64,000 bases of DNA from NCBI GenBank assembly GCA_963753345.1, contig CAVWBU010000024.1:275840-339839 (forward strand), read 5' to 3'. Each line of letters begins with the position of its first letter. Position 1 is the first letter of the stretch. Under the pieces are notes generated by a model. That model searched no databases. It saw only the letters and a list, made by a program, of their open reading frames with translations, and was not told the DNA's origin. Made by a program: the position numbers and the translations under genes. The stretch is from an uncultured Fibrobacterota bacterium. GTDB lineage: Bacteria > Fibrobacterota > Chitinivibrionia > Chitinivibrionales > FEN-1185. Shown one piece after another: positions 19,575-30,309 of this stretch.

Positions 19575-19660
19575 AAGCGTAGATGCGTAGATGCGTAAAA
19601 GCGTGTTTGCGTATATGAAGGATCCGCATTTTCGCATTCTCGCATATGCGCTTTCACGCA
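19573..19660. repeat. inverted array of degenerate 8-nt tandem repeats
   Basis: Five units ending GCGT (19573-19612), one spacer unit, then five units ending CGCA/CGCT (19621-19660); fills the gap between two convergent stop codons. Confidence 0.75.
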
Positions 19661-20827
19661 TTATCCCTTCACCACCCCTAACGGTCGCAGCTTCACCACC
19701 ACCTCAACTAAATCCCTCTGCGCGTCGATCACCTCATCGATATTCTTGTACGCCTGCGGCGCTTCGCTCAAGTCAATCTTGCCTTTCCTTCCGCGCGGCC
19801 AGGTGTCAAACACAATTCCCTTCATCGCCTGCCGTACCTGCTCATAGGTGAGCGTCCGGTTCGCTTCATTTCTGCCCATTACCCTTCCCGCGCCGTGTGA
19901 ACAGGACTGGAAACTGTCGGCATTGCCGAGCCCGCGCACGATGTACGACGACGTCCCCATGCTCCCGGGAATGATCCCCTCCAGGCCTTTACTGGCGCGA
20001 GTTGCGCCCTTGCGATGCACCACGAGCGTCCGGCCGTAATGTGTCTCTTCCGCCGCGAAATTGTGGTGGATGTTGATTTCCCGCACAAAACCGCATCGCG
20101 TTTCGAATTGCAGCTGTTCGCAGCACACGTCTTTCATCCCGGCCCTGTTTTCGGCCGCGAATAGAAGCGCGTAATTCATCGCCGCCATGTATTCCTGGGC
20201 CATCGGATTGTCCATGGGCAGATAGGCAAGGTCATTGTCGGGAAGTTCCAGACCGCGCTTGGTGCAGAACGCAAGCGCCTTGTCGTGATACTCCTTAGCA
20301 ATTTTGTATCCGAAATTCCTGCTGCCGCTGTGGACCATGAGCCACACGAACCCGTCGCTGCCCGCCTGGATTTCAATGAAGTGGTTGCCGCCGCCGAGCG
20401 TTCCGAGCTGCTTGTGCGCAGAGTCAAGCTCGCGTTGGACAACCGCGACATCCGGAGCGTTGTCGAACCCGTCCCAATCCTGTGTTTGTTTGTGATGACT
20501 GAACCCCATGGGCACCAGCCCGCGGATGCGGTTGAGCACAATGCGCACGGTGTCCGCGTCTATTGACGACACAGGAAGATCGGTCTGCACCGCGCACATG
20601 CCGCAGCCGATGTCCACGCCCACCGCGTTGGGCACGATGGTGTCGTTGCAGGCAATAACGCCGCCGATGGGCATGCCGAAGCCTTCGTGGCAGTCGGCCA
20701 TGAGGGCCACGTGGCCGTAGACAAAAGGGAGTTTCGTGAGGTTGACCGCCTGCGCAAGCGCGCCCGGCTCAATGGTTTTGCACCAGGACTTGATGGGAAT
20801 TCGGTGGCCGGAGATGATGGATAGCAT
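19661..20827 (-). CDS. rtcB: RtcB family RNA 3'-phosphate/5'-OH ligase
   Basis: MADCHEGFGMPIGGV, VGVDIGCGM, LGTLGGGNHFIE, HSGSR, HHN, HRKGAT, IPGSMG, SCSHGAGR, EAPQAYK; start ATG 20827. Confidence 0.95.
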   Translation of the reverse strand: MLSIISGHRIPIKSWCKTIEPGALAQAVNLTKLPFVYGHVALMADCHEGFGMPIGGVIACNDTIVPNAVGVDIGCGMCAVQTDLPVSSIDADTVRIVLNRIRGLVPMGFSHHKQTQDWDGFDNAPDVAVVQRELDSAHKQLGTLGGGNHFIEIQAGSDGFVWLMVHSGSRNFGYKIAKEYHDKALAFCTKRGLELPDNDLAYLPMDNPMAQEYMAAMNYALLFAAENRAGMKDVCCEQLQFETRCGFVREINIHHNFAAEETHYGRTLVVHRKGATRASKGLEGIIPGSMGTSSYIVRGLGNADSFQSCSHGAGRVMGRNEANRTLTYEQVRQAMKGIVFDTWPRGRKGKIDLSEAPQAYKNIDEVIDAQRDLVEVVVKLRPLGVVKG

Positions 20828-20882
20828 GATTGGAAAATAGTTTGAATCAGGTATGATGATACCTTGCCATCTTGAAAAGAAA

Positions 20883-21062
20883 TTGGGCGTTCCCCTCGCC
20901 TTCGTCAAGACGCAGGCTCGGGTCGGCCCTCCTTCCGGTCTCGACCTTCGGCCTCGGGCCGCCTGCCACAATGGCCCTGCGGGCCGTGGTCAGGCGGCAC
21001 CGCGCTCCAGCGCGGCCTCCAGTCCTGCCTAACGCGCGGCAAAAGAACTCCGTTCGGTCAAT
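20883..21062. repeat. structured intergenic repeat, module A copy 2
   Basis: TTGGGCGTTCCCC...GGGTCGG...CTCGACCTTCGGCCTCG...CCTAACGCGCGGCAA...TTCGGTCAAT, shared with 54072-54250. Confidence 0.85.
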
Positions 21063-21123
21063 ATGTGTCTTCACGCCAGCCGGAACACATGGTGAAAAAA
21101 TGCCTTTTGCAACGACTCTCCAT

Positions 21124-21240
21124 GGGTGCCCCCCGCAGCAGGGCTTGGTCTTGCAACTACTTTGTCAAGGGGGCTACCCTGGAGAGGGGAGTGTCGAGGA
21201 CCGTAGGGCCGAGACCAGGGGAGATACCTCTCCCCCGACG
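21124..21240 (+). repeat. structured intergenic repeat, module B copy 1
   Basis: Near-identical to the reverse complement of 60279-60395 (7 differences in the last ~72 nt by hand alignment). Confidence 0.9.
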
Positions 21241-21253
21241 GCTTTATCAATTG

Positions 21254-23836
21254 TTATTTAACTGCAAATTCTAATTTGTCATCCCCCGCCGTAACTTTCA
21301 AAGCCTGCCCTTCCTTTAGATCTCCCGCCACCATAAGCCTTGACACCGGGGTCTCGAGTTCCTTTTGGATGGCCCTCTTGAGCGGCCGCGCACCATATAC
21401 TGGGTCGTAGCCTGTGCTGGCAAGCAGGGCCTTTGCCTTCTTGTCGGCGGAGAACGTGATGTTTCTCGCCTTGAGCAACTCCGAAAAACGCACGAGCTGA
21501 ATATCCACGATGCTCACCAGGTCGTCCTGCGAAAGCCCGTGGAACACCACGATCTCGTCGACGCGGTTCAAAAATTCCGGCCGGAAATAATTCTTCATTT
21601 CGGCCATCACCGTTTTCTTGATCGTCTCGTAATCGCCGCCCGCGTTCTCCACGATGTGCTGGGAGCCGATGTTCGACGTCATGATGATGATGGTGTTCTT
21701 GAAGTTCACCGTGTGGCCGTGCGAATCCGTCACGCGGCCGTCGTCGAGGATCTGGAGGAGCACGTTGAACACGTCCGGGTGGGCCTTTTCTATTTCGTCG
21801 AACAATATCACGCTGTACGGCCGTCTGCGCACGGCCTCGGTGAGCTGGCCGCCCTCCTCGTAGCCCACGTAGCCGGGCGGCGCGCCGATGAGCCGCGACA
21901 CGGTGTGCTTTTCCATGTATTCCGACATGTCAATTCTGATCATGGCGTGCTCGTCGTCGAACAGGTTGAACGCGAGGCTGCGCGCGAGCTCGGTCTTGCC
22001 CACGCCCGTGGGCCCCAGGAAAATAAAGCTGCCGATAGGGCGAGAAGGGTCCTTGAGCCCGGCGCGGCCGCGCAGCACCGCGTCGGCAACGGCGTCCACC
22101 GCCTCGTTCTGGCCTATCACGCGCTCGTGCAGGTGCTTGGCGAGCGAAAGGACCTTTTCCTTTTCGCCTTCAACGAGCCTGCTCACGGGGATGTGGGTCC
22201 ACCGCGCGACGATGGCCGCGATGTCCTCTTCGTCAACTTCCTCTTTAAGGAGGCGGTTGCCGTTGCCGGCCTTGAGCGCTTTTTCCGCTTCGGCAAGCTG
22301 GCGTTCGAGCTGGGGAATGGTGCCGTGCCGGACTTGCGCGGCCGTGTTGAGGTCGTAGGCGCGCTGCGCCTTGTCAAGTTCGTATTTCGCGGTCTCGAGC
22401 TTCTGCCGCAGCTGCTGGAGCGCGGCGATTTTCTGTTTTTCACCGTCCCAGCGGAGCCTGAGCTTGGAGGTCTTTTCCTTGACCTCGGCGAGCTCCTTGT
22501 TTAATTTGTCAAGACGTTCCTTCGACGAAGGGTCTTTTTCCTTTTTAAGGCCCGTGATTTCTATCTCGAGCTGCATCTGGCGCCGGCTCGCCTCGTCGAG
22601 CTCGCGCGGGCTGCTGTCCATCTCGGTGCGGAGGCAGGCCGCCGCCTCGTCGACAAGGTCGATGGCCTTGTCGGGCAGGAACCGGTCCGAGATGTACCGG
22701 TCCGACAGCACGGCCGCGGCCACGAGTGCGGCGTCGCGTATCTTGACGCCGTGGTGCACCTCGTAGCGCTCGCGCAGTCCGCGCAGGATGGAAATGGTGT
22801 CTTCCACGCTCGGCTGGTCCACGAGCACGGTCTGGAACCTGCGCTCGAGCGCCTTGTCCTTTTCGATGTGCTTTCTATATTCGTCAAGCGTGGTGGCGCC
22901 GATGCAGTGCAGTTCGCCGCGGGCGAGCATGGGCTTGAGCAGGTTGCCGGCGTCCATGGCGCCTTCAGCGGCGCCAGCGCCCACAACCGTATGCAGTTCG
23001 TCAATAAAAAGGATGATGCTGCCCTTCGCCTCGGTCACTTCCTTGAGCACGGCCTTGAGCCGTTCTTCGAATTCGCCCCGGAACTTCGCTCCCGCGATGA
23101 GCGCGCCCATGTCAAGCGACACCAGCGATCGGTTCTTGAGGCCTTCGGGCACGTCCCCTCGCACGATGCGGAGCGCAAGCCCCTCCACGATTGCGGTCTT
23201 GCCCACGCCCGGGTCGCCGATGAGCACGGGGTTGTTTTTCGTGCGGCGCGAAAGGATCTGGATCACGCGGCGGATCTCCTCATCACGGCCGATCACAGGA
23301 TCGAGCTTCCCCTTGTGCGCCATGTCGGTGAGGTTGCGCGAATATTTCTCCAGGGCGTTGAACGTCGCCTCGGGTTCGGGCGAGGTCACGCGCTGGTTGC
23401 CGCGCACCGCCTTGAGCGTTTCCAAAACTTTGGCGTGGCTCATTCTGAACCGCTCGCCTGCTTCGCGGCAGTCAGCGTCCTTTTCCAGCAGGGCGAGCAA
23501 CAGGTGTTCCACGCTCACGAATTCATCCTTCATGCGCGAGGCTGTTTTCTCCGCCTCCGAAATAACCTGCGTGAGGCCGCGCGACAGGTAGGTCTGGGTC
23601 GCGCCGCTTCCCGTGACGGCCGGGATTTTGCGCAGCTTGTCGATAACAGTCTCGGCAATGTCCTTTATGTCAACACCGAGCTTCTGCAGAATGGATTGCA
23701 CAAGGCCGCCCTGCTGCATCACGAGCGCGAGCATCAGATGCAGGGGAACCAGTTCCTGATGGTTCATCTCGACCGCGATCTTGTTCGCGCCTTCCAGGGC
23801 TTCCTGGGACTTGCTGGTTAGTTTTTCCGCGTTCAC
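21254..23836 (-). CDS. clpB: ATP-dependent chaperone ClpB
   Basis: Two AAA+ modules ([16 protein letters not shown]), long coiled-coil M domain, [18 protein letters not shown] start after AAGGAG; 860 aa. Confidence 0.98.
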   Translation of the reverse strand: MNAEKLTSKSQEALEGANKIAVEMNHQELVPLHLMLALVMQQGGLVQSILQKLGVDIKDIAETVIDKLRKIPAVTGSGATQTYLSRGLTQVISEAEKTASRMKDEFVSVEHLLLALLEKDADCREAGERFRMSHAKVLETLKAVRGNQRVTSPEPEATFNALEKYSRNLTDMAHKGKLDPVIGRDEEIRRVIQILSRRTKNNPVLIGDPGVGKTAIVEGLALRIVRGDVPEGLKNRSLVSLDMGALIAGAKFRGEFEERLKAVLKEVTEAKGSIILFIDELHTVVGAGAAEGAMDAGNLLKPMLARGELHCIGATTLDEYRKHIEKDKALERRFQTVLVDQPSVEDTISILRGLRERYEVHHGVKIRDAALVAAAVLSDRYISDRFLPDKAIDLVDEAAACLRTEMDSSPRELDEASRRQMQLEIEITGLKKEKDPSSKERLDKLNKELAEVKEKTSKLRLRWDGEKQKIAALQQLRQKLETAKYELDKAQRAYDLNTAAQVRHGTIPQLERQLAEAEKALKAGNGNRLLKEEVDEEDIAAIVARWTHIPVSRLVEGEKEKVLSLAKHLHERVIGQNEAVDAVADAVLRGRAGLKDPSRPIGSFIFLGPTGVGKTELARSLAFNLFDDEHAMIRIDMSEYMEKHTVSRLIGAPPGYVGYEEGGQLTEAVRRRPYSVILFDEIEKAHPDVFNVLLQILDDGRVTDSHGHTVNFKNTIIIMTSNIGSQHIVENAGGDYETIKKTVMAEMKNYFRPEFLNRVDEIVVFHGLSQDDLVSIVDIQLVRFSELLKARNITFSADKKAKALLASTGYDPVYGARPLKRAIQKELETPVSRLMVAGDLKEGQALKVTAGDDKLEFAVK

Positions 23837-23872
23837 AATAATCTCCTTTAAGTAGTGATGCCCTTTGATAAA

Positions 23873-23889
23873 CGCAAGGTGAATGCCAT
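23873..23889 (-). promoter_or_regulatory. sigma-54 (-24/-12) promoter upstream of clpB
   Basis: Minus strand reads TGGCATTCACCTTGC (GG-N10-GC), about 37 nt before the start codon. Confidence 0.65.
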
Positions 23890-24080
23890 AAGTAAATATA
23901 TTGGATGATGTAGTGACTTAGGATGATTAAAATCAAAAGGTTGAAACCAGATTATTGGTTGAAGTCCAGGATTCACTGAGCAATGCCGGCGTTTCGAAAT
24001 GAAACAATTTCCATCACATATTGGATCATGTAAAATGCCGCAAATTTTCCCGGTCCCTCAATCATTTATATTACCACTGT

Positions 24081-24701
24081 ATGCCAATCATCCGCATCAA
24101 GATCTGCGGCATTACGCAATACGACGACGCCAAGACAGCGGTGAGTCTCGGGGTTGACGCGCTCGGTTTTGTTTTCCACCCCGCAAGCCCGCGTTATATC
24201 CACCCGGAAGCGGCGCGCGACATTATTGCCAGGCTCCCGCCATTCGTCTCCAAGGTCGGCGTATTTGTCAACGAAACCGCCGAAACGATTTTCTCGGTCA
24301 TGTCGCAGGCCGGCATCGACACGGTCCAGCTCCACGGCGACGAGACGCCGGATTTCGCCAACGCTCTCTCGTGCCCGGTTGTCAAGGCGTTCGGCGTCAA
24401 GCCGGGCTTCGACATCGCCACGCTCGCCCCCTACAAGGTAAGCGGCTACCTTCTCGACACCTGGAGCGAAGCGCGCGGCGGGAGCGGCGCGACCTTCGAC
24501 TGGTCGCTGGCGCAGCAGGCCACGAAGCGCTACGCCAATGTGATTCTTGCGGGCGGGCTCAATCCCGCAAACGTTCGCGAAGCCCTTGAAAGCGTCATCC
24601 CGTATGCCGTTGAATTCAACAGCGGCGTGGAGATCAAGCCGGGCGTCAAAAACCATTACAAAATGCGCGAGGCGGTTGAGATTGTGCGGTCCTGGAAGTA
24701 G
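24081..24701 (+). CDS. trpF: phosphoribosylanthranilate isomerase
   Basis: IKICGIT, GFVFHPASPRYI, VQLHGDET, GGSGATFDW, ILAGGLNPANV. Confidence 0.95.
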   Translation: MPIIRIKICGITQYDDAKTAVSLGVDALGFVFHPASPRYIHPEAARDIIARLPPFVSKVGVFVNETAETIFSVMSQAGIDTVQLHGDETPDFANALSCPVVKAFGVKPGFDIATLAPYKVSGYLLDTWSEARGGSGATFDWSLAQQATKRYANVILAGGLNPANVREALESVIPYAVEFNSGVEIKPGVKNHYKMREAVEIVRSWK

Positions 24702-24920
24702 TTGGGTTTGCTCGCTTGCAGTCCTCGCATATGCGCAGGTCGCGTTCTCTTTTCTTTGAACCCATATTCGTTCATCATATATATTTTCCACTCCGTAATT
24801 TGGTTTGCCCCCCATCAAACAGGATTGTCGGGCGAAGGTCCAAGCGGAAGCAGCGCGGTTAAGCGCTATTTCTCCTTCCGCCCGACACCGGCAATACCCG
24901 TTAGTCAACCGTGGCAGGCC

Positions 24921-27900
24921 ATGCCGGATTTCCCAATGGCACAACGACAACTCCTTTTTCTGCTGTGCGCCGGCGTGCTGTTCGCCGCATCTTCCGCCTC
25001 GCCCCCGCCCCGCCAGCTCTTCTTCCAATACAACAATATTGTGTGGTGGGGAACCGAGTTCGGCCTCAACCGGTTTCAAACCACCAACGAACTGTGGGGA
25101 AACATCCGCTCCGAATCGGTGAACGACCTCTGCCTTGACGATCCGGAATTGTGGGTGGCCACCGATCACGGCGCCCTGTACGCCGATCTGCGCTACCTCG
25201 ACTGGAAGTCGTACACCGCCAAGCATGGCTTGCCGTCCGACACGGTTGTCCGGCTCGTGGCGGACCCGGATTACGTGTACGCCGCGGGCCCGCACGGGCT
25301 TGCGCGGTTCAACAAGGTGGTGATGCAGTGGGAACCCATGGGCGCCTTTGCCGACAAGCGCATCTACGACCTGTATTCCAACCAGGCGCAACTGTGGGTC
25401 GCCACCGACCAGGGCGTATTCTATTTTGACAAGAAGTTCGAAAAATGGGAAAATTACACCACGAGCACCGGCCTTATTTCCAACACCGCGTTCAGGCTTT
25501 TTTACTTCAGCGACCACATCTGGGTCGAGACCGACAAAGGTTTTTCCCGGTATTCGATCAGCATGAAGGCGTGGAACTCCTACCCGCTTAACAACGGCAT
25601 CGTGGGCTCGGCCGTCAGCTACATGCTGGTTGACGCATCGTACATCTGGGTGGTGTCGCCCGAGGGCGTGGCCCGGTTCAACGGCAGCAGCCAGACCTGG
25701 GAAAACTTCTCCCGCAACACGCATGATCGACAAGAAGACCGTTTATTCCCTTTCCACGTCCGGAACTACCGAATGGTTTACCACCTCCGACGGCGTGTAT
25801 ACGTTCGACGAATCCCAGCGCCGGTGGAAGACTTACACGGCGGTGGACGGCCTCAGCGACGACGCGCAGGACGAAGTGTACACCTCGGGCCAGACCACGC
25901 TGTGCAGAAAAGGCGCTTCGTTTTCCTATTTGAAAACCGACCAGGACCTTTGGTATGCCACCCAGATGAAGGTGACCGGCATGGGCGGGCAAAGACCGAA
26001 ATGGAAGGCGCACATGGACGAAACAGGGCTTGGCGTCACGGCGCCGGCAGGCCAGAGTTTGAGCCTTCAGGGGACCGCCGAATACAAAGTGGAAAACAAG
26101 GCGACGTTTCCCTCGCCGCTCACCACCAGCATCCCCAATTACCTATTGAACAAGAACCTCGATTCCGTGGTCTACACCTACGACACACTGGCCAACGGCG
26201 CAATAACGCGCACGGTCGAAGATACCGTCGCAACATACAAGGACTTTCTTTACGGATGGCCAAAGGCCCAGCTTAATCTGAACGGCGACCTCAATAACGG
26301 ACGCACGTTCCGGGCCACCTACGACAACACCGATCCTCTCGGCGATCTGCGCTACAGCGCGGAATACCGCGGCTTCGGCGAAGACAATCTGCGAAGGCTT
26401 GGCTGGCGCACCGACCAGAAGACCGATTACTTCTTCAGTTCGCTCATCAGCCCCACCTATCTTAACGGCGCAGGGCGTCCGCACCGAGTTCGGCGACCGG
26501 GTCGGCGACAAGAAGCTCCGCCGGGTGAATACCGGCGTGTGGGCGGGCTTCGGGAAAACCAAGTTTTTCAGGAAACTCATTCCGTTCCGTGAAGACAACT
26601 TTTACGAACTCGACATACAGAATATCGTCACCGAAACCGTGCAAATCCTCGTGGACGGCCAGGTGGTTGACCCGAGCGACTACAGCATCGAGCGGACCAT
26701 GGGCCTGCTTTCATTCAAGAACGAAGGCCTTGCAAACCCGGATTCCCGCATCGAGGTTTCCTGCCAATACCAGCCGGTCATCGGCGAGTACACGAACCAG
26801 ATGGCTTCGGTTGAGAACGTGGTTGAGGTGAACGATAAGCTTGCCCTCGGCGTCAACGGCGCTTATCGCGGATTCAAAGAGCCGGACCGCACCGGGCTGG
26901 ATTCTTCGTACAACCGAGACTTTGCCGGCAGCGCCAACACCAAGATCGAGATGAAATCGGCCGACAACAAGATGTACCTTCGCGCCGTGCCCGAAGTGTC
27001 GGGCAGCTACAACGATTCGATTGTCGCGATAAAACAGGGTTCCGCGGCAAAACTCGATCTCTATTCGGTGATGCATAATCTCAAACTCACGGTGAACGGA
27101 ATTTTCCAGACGCCCGATTACGTTACTCTCGCCGACCAGAATTCCGTTTACGGAAGGATAAACTACCAGGGGCAGGGCGAATTGGTGTGGGACCTGTGGA
27201 AGCAGTACATGCCGATCACTGCCGGCGCCGGCGTGATAAACGCTTTGTCCGGCAGCGAAGTGCGGGAGTACGCGCAGTACCTTATCTCGCTGCCCGAACT
27301 TCCGTCCCTTCGGCTGTTCGGCATGCATCAGGACATGAAGAACTACACGCAACTGCCGCGCGACTCCCTGCCCGGCGACCGCGACTCGCTCAAGTCGGAC
27401 CGGTGGAACGGCGTTGTGGAAACGGAATGGGGCCATTCGTTCAAGCGCATGGACAGGATATGGTTCGACCTTTCCTATTCCGTCAATTTCCTCACCGATT
27501 CCGTCGACACGAACGTTTCCGGCGGATCGACCCCGGGCACCTACGACCTTGTGCCCCAGTTCGACCAGAAACTCAATCACAATATTTTTGCATGGATCAG
27601 GTTCTCACCCTTAAAAAAACTGCAGCTCGAAACCAAGAGCGTTTTCAGGATTTACCAGGGCCGCAGCAGCCTGGACAGTGTCATGGCATTCCGGGGGGAC
27701 CTGATTCGGCCCGAATTCAAGATCTTTTCCCAGGAGCTTGTCCCGGGCGTCACGCTGTACGGCGATGATCAGCTGCAAACCGCGCAATATGTCGTCAGCT
27801 CGTCCGAATGGTTAAACTCAACATCGAACATGGTGAACGCCAGCCTGCTTCTTGTTCCCGGCGTTTACCTCAAGTTTCTCAACCCGTTTCAGCTCAACCT

Positions 27901-28658
27901 CGGCTACGGATTGTCAACTGCCGATTCGTCGTCCCTTATTTCCACCGGCAACGGCGACAGCACCTACACGTTTTCGAATGCCTCGACCCAGACCTACACG
28001 ATCAAGCCGATATTCGACTTCACCCAGGACCTTCATTACGACAGCAGGGTGGAAAAAACGAATTCCACAAACCTGACCTACGCGACCGACGACGGCCTCA
28101 AGTGGTACAACGAGGCGCGTCTTGCTTTTAGAGACCGGAAGACCAGGTTCGACATCGATCTCAACATGTTCTTCGACGACATGAGCATGCCGAATTACGG
28201 CAACCAAGGCCTCGACACCTTTGCCGTCAAGAGCACGTTCGAAGAATTAATAGTCAAGTGGACGGAACGCTGGTCGCCGAATCTCAGGACAGAATCAACA
28301 GTCGACGTTTCCCGGCAGAACCTTGACTCAACCTTCAACGATGCAGCCAACAACATCTTCAGGGACACCGTGACCGGGTATCTTAACTCGCTCACGCCCG
28401 GAATATTGTTCGACTGGCGCATTCCCGGCAAGATAATAAGGGAATGGCGGACCCAGTACTATATCGGCGCAATGCTTTCCGGCGGAAGGGGTTACGATTT
28501 TAACACCTATACGCAGACATGGCAGAACAAGTTCGACATCCAGGTGAAGGCCGGGGCCAATTTCTTCCTGCGCCTGCTGATGGAAGTGGACTATGTGTTC
28601 AATACCAAGGTGCTGATTTACAATATGGCCGCAATTGAAGGCGACGGCATTGTTCTAA
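24921..28658 (+). CDS. large outer-membrane protein: N-terminal beta-propeller repeats and C-terminal beta-barrel; three apparent frameshifts (~25720, ~26473, ~28630)
   Basis: Signal peptide MAQRQLLFLLCAGVLFAASSA; repeats LWVATDHG/LWVATDQG/IWVETDKG/IWVVSPEG/WFTTSDG run from ORF 24702 into ORF 25630; ORF 26399 has alternating beta-strand character; shifted frame ends QLKATALF-TAA (terminal Phe). Confidence 0.7.
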
Positions 28659-28818
28659 GGTTGGCGAATTATCGATAAATCGGCTAAATTACGAAGGAGA
28701 GCTGCGCGTACTTCACGTGGAATAGAAGAGTTATGATGTTGGGCAGGGCAAGCAGGTGTCGTGTTTGGTGTTGAGGCTACGCTCTTTCGCGGGTTCTCCT
28801 AGAAATGGCAGGGTGGCT

Positions 28819-30309
28819 ATGAATCAGAAGAAAATCAATCGAAGAAAATTCCTGGTGGAGTCGCTTGAGACCGCGGCGGGGCTTGGTTTCATTGCAGGCT
28901 GCGACAAAAGAACAATCGTTGAGCCGGATGTCCGGCTGCCGGCAGCGCCGACCGGCCTGGCTTACAACCTTGCCTCAAGCGGCACCGGAACCGTCGATTC
29001 GGTCATAGTCACCTGGAACCAGCCTGTTACCGATGTTACGGGAGCAAAGTTGTGGACGGGAATCCGTGCCTATGATGTTTACCGCAACGACACCCTGCTT
29101 GCGCAGGTGACCGATCCGAGTTTCGCGGATGCCGGCGGGTTTACCGTGGGAAGTACCTGCGCCTACACGGTACGGGCCGTCGACTCCAGCACGGTTATCG
29201 GGCCCAATGGCCAGCCGGGAAACCAGAGCCCGCCGTCCGATCGTCTGCTTGTTCCCATTCAGAAGGCGTCGTATGTATATCCCGTCGCCAATGCCGCCGC
29301 CAACACCGGCACCATAGGAAGACCGAATATCCAGGCGGCTCCGCTCAAGTCGATGATCGACGCGGCGGTCGCGCAGATGCAGATTGACAAAGGTGCAATT
29401 CCCCCGGGAAGCACCCAGGACCCGGCGATCGTGACGGCCGCGTGGGAATCGCTGTTCCCGGGCTTGACTGTATCTTCACTTATAGGAATCAAGGTCAACA
29501 CGCTCGGCGGTTCAAACGTAAGTACGAGGCCGGAGGTTGTGACCGCCATGGTGAGCAGTTTGACGGCAATGCTCGGCGGAACGTTTCCCGCCTATAATAT
29601 TATTGTTTTCGACGACAGGTCTCCGGGCGCCCAGATGGCGGCGGCCGGGTTTCCCTTGCGAAACGTGAACGGCACCTACCGGATCGCGTCGGCCAGCTTC
29701 AACACCACGCTCAATAATGGGGTTCCCGTAAGCCAGCAGGAGCCGGGGGCTTCTCTGTGGGGATCCACCGTCAACATCGCCGGCGCGGACAGAAGGCTCA
29801 CCGCAATATTCGACGCCGTTGACTTTCTGATCAACGTTCCAGTCCTCAAGGATCATGATCAGTCCGGAATATCATTCTCCATGAAGAACCTTTACGGCAT
29901 TACCGACATCTGGAACGGTCCAGGGGCCATGCACGACACGATGTGCAGTCCGTCGATTCCGGCTCTGTATCAAGCCGCCCAAGCAATACCGAACGCAGGA
30001 ACCGGCTCATCCAAATTTGTTCTCATTGTCGGGGACGCGCTCCAGGGATGCTATAATCTAGGGCCAGAGGGACCGCCCAACTGCCAGCCGAATTCCATTG
30101 TCGTGGGCACCGATCCGGTTGCTATGGACACCTGGGCCTTAAAAACAATCAACGCCTTGCGGGCAAAATACGCGCCCACGCTTCCGGAAATTTCCTGGAC
30201 GCACAGCACCAACCCGGATCAGTCCGATGCCCGGCACATCCTGGATGCGGCCATTCAATACAATCTCGGATCAACCAATTTCGTTGCAGGGAAGGTTTCG
30301 CTCGCATGA
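28819..30309 (+). CDS. Tat lipoprotein with fibronectin type III domain and DUF362-type domain
   Basis: NRRKFL twin-arginine motif, lipobox IAGC; FN3 PAAPTGL..VTW..YDVYRN..YTVRAVD; DUF362 motifs IKVN, LINVPVLKDH, SMKNLYG, DPVAMD. Confidence 0.8.
   Translation: MNQKKINRRKFLVESLETAAGLGFIAGCDKRTIVEPDVRLPAAPTGLAYNLASSGTGTVDSVIVTWNQPVTDVTGAKLWTGIRAYDVYRNDTLLAQVTDPSFADAGGFTVGSTCAYTVRAVDSSTVIGPNGQPGNQSPPSDRLLVPIQKASYVYPVANAAANTGTIGRPNIQAAPLKSMIDAAVAQMQIDKGAIPPGSTQDPAIVTAAWESLFPGLTVSSLIGIKVNTLGGSNVSTRPEVVTAMVSSLTAMLGGTFPAYNIIVFDDRSPGAQMAAAGFPLRNVNGTYRIASASFNTTLNNGVPVSQQEPGASLWGSTVNIAGADRRLTAIFDAVDFLINVPVLKDHDQSGISFSMKNLYGITDIWNGPGAMHDTMCSPSIPALYQAAQAIPNAGTGSSKFVLIVGDALQGCYNLGPEGPPNCQPNSIVVGTDPVAMDTWALKTINALRAKYAPTLPEISWTHSTNPDQSDARHILDAAIQYNLGSTNFVAGKVSLA

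Noticed and set aside
19573-19660. CRISPR array
   Set aside because: Units are 8 nt with no unique spacers, and no cas genes are present.
20828-20971. N-terminal extension of RtcB and small ORFs over the repeats (10223-10420, 20872-21261, 60267-60461)
   Set aside because: They are translations of GC-rich repeat modules; conservation there follows base pairing rather than codons.
21254-23836. ClpV (TssH) serving the T6SS module
   Set aside because: Long coiled-coil M domain and overall motifs match ordinary ClpB; it is 13 kb from the tss genes.
24066-25733. Long antisense ORFs (555 aa here; also 7063-8094, 22751-23821, 44495-46168)
   Set aside because: They shadow real genes on the opposite strand, as expected with high GC3 codon usage, and show no protein motifs.
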